From Candidatus Latescibacterota bacterium (lineage in GTDB: Bacteria; Latescibacterota; CBDEFO01), in contig OZ252149.1 of assembly GCA_965248755.1 (NCBI GenBank), forward strand, positions 704,001 through 768,000: DNA of 64,000 nt, written 5' to 3'. The translations under genes and the position numbers were made by a program. Under the pieces are notes generated by a model. It was not told where the DNA came from, searched no databases, and saw nothing but the letters and a program-made list of their open reading frames with translations. Positions 61,858-64,000 of this stretch are shown here, piece after piece (position 1 is the stretch's first letter; every line of letters begins with the position of its first letter).

Positions 61858-63399
61858 ATGAGTAAACGACGTTTGCTGTTTTACAACGACGCTCGGCACT
61901 ATCACCTGTATTGTTTCGAGCCGCCGATAAGCCTCGAAGACGCCAGGTTGCCGGTAGATGAGATAGCCGGAACGAGGGTCGATACCTTTGTCTATGGATT
62001 CGGCGCCGGGCCTGCCATGTTCCACCTTACTGAGGTAGGTGAGGTCTTTGGCTCGCATCTCAAGACGTTCAAGGACATTCCGGGACTTCATTGTGGCACA
62101 CTCCCGACGTGGCGCGCACATGAGAATATTATGAGCCTCAAAGAACGCGGCGTGGACCTGCTGCAACTGCTTATTGAAAGGGCGCACGAAAAGGGGTTGG
62201 AGTTCTACGCCAGCCTGCGGCAGACACACTCGGTAGCCCCGGACGACGTAGACAACTACTTCAACTGGCAGTTCAAGATCGACCATCCCGAGTGGTGTCT
62301 GAAGGGAAGAGGGAAGTACGCCTTCAACTTTGCGTACCCGGAAGTGCGCGCCGAGAGATTCGCTCTGGCTGAGGAAACGGTCAATAGGTACGATGTAGAT
62401 GGCTTTGAGATCGATTGGGACTTCTGGCCTTACTTCTTCGAGGAAGACGAAGTCGAACAGAACACACCGATCCTAACTGAGTATATGCGCGAGCACAGGC
62501 TGATGATCGACGAGACGGCCAAAAGGCGCGATAGGTCTATCATGTTTGGAGCGCGCGTCCTCCCGACGCTCGCAGGCAATCTGGCTGCTGGCATGGATGT
62601 TGAGACATGGGTGAAGGAGGGCCTGCTGGATTTTGTGGTGCCCAACTACTACGTGGACGAGCAGATGGACGCGGATTTCCCGTTTGAGTGGCTCGTTGGA
62701 CTGGCAAGCGGGACGGGCTGCAAGGTGTTCGCCGCGCTTCAGCGACAGATAGGGCGCCCGGCCGAAGAAGACGGAGAACCTGTAGGGGAAGAGATGGCGA
62801 CCCCTGAGCACTACAACGCAGGAGCGGCTGCTTATTGGAGCAAGGGCGCCGACGGCATATACCTCCCCTGGTTCAACTGGCCGATAGAGGTTCCCGACCG
62901 TCAGGTGCTCTCAGAGATTCACGATCCTGACTTACTCTCCGAAAAGGCCAAACACTATGTGGTAAGGGGGCACAAGGAGGACGCTGCTAGCCACGACTAC
63001 ACAGCTCAGTTGCCAGTGCTGTTAATGAATGGGCAGGATGTCCCCGGACAGACAGTGCGCCTCTTCATCGCGGATGACCCGGAGAAGGTGGATGCAATCT
63101 TGAGAGTCCGGCTGAGATTCACCACAATCCATGACTCGCTGACGGTCAGCGTGAATGGGGAGGCTCTGTCCAACGATGCTTGCCGGCGAGAACCACACAA
63201 CTATACTCCGGTGGAGGCTGCATTATCTGGAAAGGGTATCAGTTCAGTTGCGTACACCTGGTTGGAGTACCCGGTGCCGCTCGGAGTGCTGCTAAATGGG
63301 GCGAACGAAGTCGGGGTCGCGATACACTCCCGGCCTCCAAACTTAGAAGGTCAGGTCGTGCTGGACAGAGTCGATCTGATTGTGAAACATCCTGTGTAG
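61858..63399 (+). CDS. glycosyl-hydrolase-like TIM-barrel protein (GH10-like/DUF187-like) with C-terminal beta domain
   Basis: YNDA.H, IERAHEKG.EFYASLR, HPEW, NFAYPEVR, YDVDG.EID, GADGIYL..FN. Confidence 0.75.
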   Translation: MSKRRLLFYNDARHYHLYCFEPPISLEDARLPVDEIAGTRVDTFVYGFGAGPAMFHLTEVGEVFGSHLKTFKDIPGLHCGTLPTWRAHENIMSLKERGVDLLQLLIERAHEKGLEFYASLRQTHSVAPDDVDNYFNWQFKIDHPEWCLKGRGKYAFNFAYPEVRAERFALAEETVNRYDVDGFEIDWDFWPYFFEEDEVEQNTPILTEYMREHRLMIDETAKRRDRSIMFGARVLPTLAGNLAAGMDVETWVKEGLLDFVVPNYYVDEQMDADFPFEWLVGLASGTGCKVFAALQRQIGRPAEEDGEPVGEEMATPEHYNAGAAAYWSKGADGIYLPWFNWPIEVPDRQVLSEIHDPDLLSEKAKHYVVRGHKEDAASHDYTAQLPVLLMNGQDVPGQTVRLFIADDPEKVDAILRVRLRFTTIHDSLTVSVNGEALSNDACRREPHNYTPVEAALSGKGISSVAYTWLEYPVPLGVLLNGANEVGVAIHSRPPNLEGQVVLDRVDLIVKHPV

Positions 63400-63531
63400 A
63401 AATCGTTTTGATAAGATTCTGTCCGCGTTGCAGAGAAGGAAATGGAGTCTGTCGCCAGCGGACCTGGGTAGAAGGCAGCTGCACCTCAGAAAGCCACAAA
63501 ACAGGAGACAAAGCCCTTAAGAGGATGACGA

Positions 63532-64000
63532 ATGAGCAAACGACGCTTGCTGTTTTACAACGACGCTCGGCACTATCACCTGTATTGCTTCGAGCCGCCG
63601 ATAAGCCTTGAAGACGCGAGGTTGCCAGTAGATGAGATAGCCGGAACGAAGGTCGATACTTTTGTCTATGGATTCGGCGCAGGGCCTGCCATGTTCCACC
63701 TTACTGAGGTAGGCGAGGTCTTTGGCTCGCATCTCAAGACGTTCAAGGACATTCCGGGCATTCATAGGGGCACACTCCCAACCTGGCGCGCACATGAGAA
63801 TATTATGAGCCTCAAAGAACGCGGCGTGGACCTCCTGCAACTGCTTATTGAAAGGGCGCACGAAAAGGGGTTGGACTTCTACGCCAGCCTGCGCCAGACA
63901 CACTCGGTGGCCCCGGACGATGTAGACAACTACTTCAACTGGCAGTTTAAGATCGACCATCCCGAGTGGTGTCTGAAGGGACAAGGGAAGTACGCCTTCA
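63532..64000 (+). CDS. near-identical paralog of 61858-63399 (runs off window end)
   Basis: MSKRRLLFYNDARHYHLYCFEPPISLEDARL... same sequence with few substitutions; similar upstream leader. Confidence 0.88.
   Translation, partial: MSKRRLLFYNDARHYHLYCFEPPISLEDARLPVDEIAGTKVDTFVYGFGAGPAMFHLTEVGEVFGSHLKTFKDIPGIHRGTLPTWRAHENIMSLKERGVDLLQLLIERAHEKGLDFYASLRQTHSVAPDDVDNYFNWQFKIDHPEWCLKGQGKYAF

Overview
64 kb of bacterial chromosome. A PorV/UPF0164-type barrel, a PD40 beta-propeller with a C-terminal 'GDFDGD..V.LSDFV.F...FG' dockerin/EF-hand-like tag and expanded PhyH and GH10-like families suggest the FCB superphylum, possibly Ca. Latescibacterota (inference only). Intact housekeeping genes include gatB, a stand-alone nuoB-C-I-D operon, lpdA, dnaE, dusB, larB, an msbA-like ABC transporter, cutA, rpsT, an rnhB-yraN fusion and lon. 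They are interspersed with about 15 decayed genes: amino-acid permease, type III R-M mod and res, hicA, MNT-HEPN, a tyrosine recombinase, a sigma-54 activator, PhyH, aldolase and DapA fragments, among others. Mobile elements are an IS1595 remnant, one IS3-family element, one IS1380 with a 5-bp target duplication splitting the sigma-54 activator, and two inverted 1183-bp IS481-like copies whose shared 14-bp flank suggests they inverted the 4.7 kb between them. The most distinctive unexplained structure is a set of short dispersed palindromes that insert into one another. These are a 21-bp hairpin CCCCGATTGAATCTATCGGGG (8 copies, including one in-frame in a gene and one inside another copy), larger GTCATTGCGAG...GAAGCAATCTC elements, and AACAAGTAGACAG-type stop-codon-adjacent repeats. 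No mobilising enzyme for them is visible in the window. No rRNA, tRNA or CRISPR array was seen. All family calls are by motif recognition; no database search was run.
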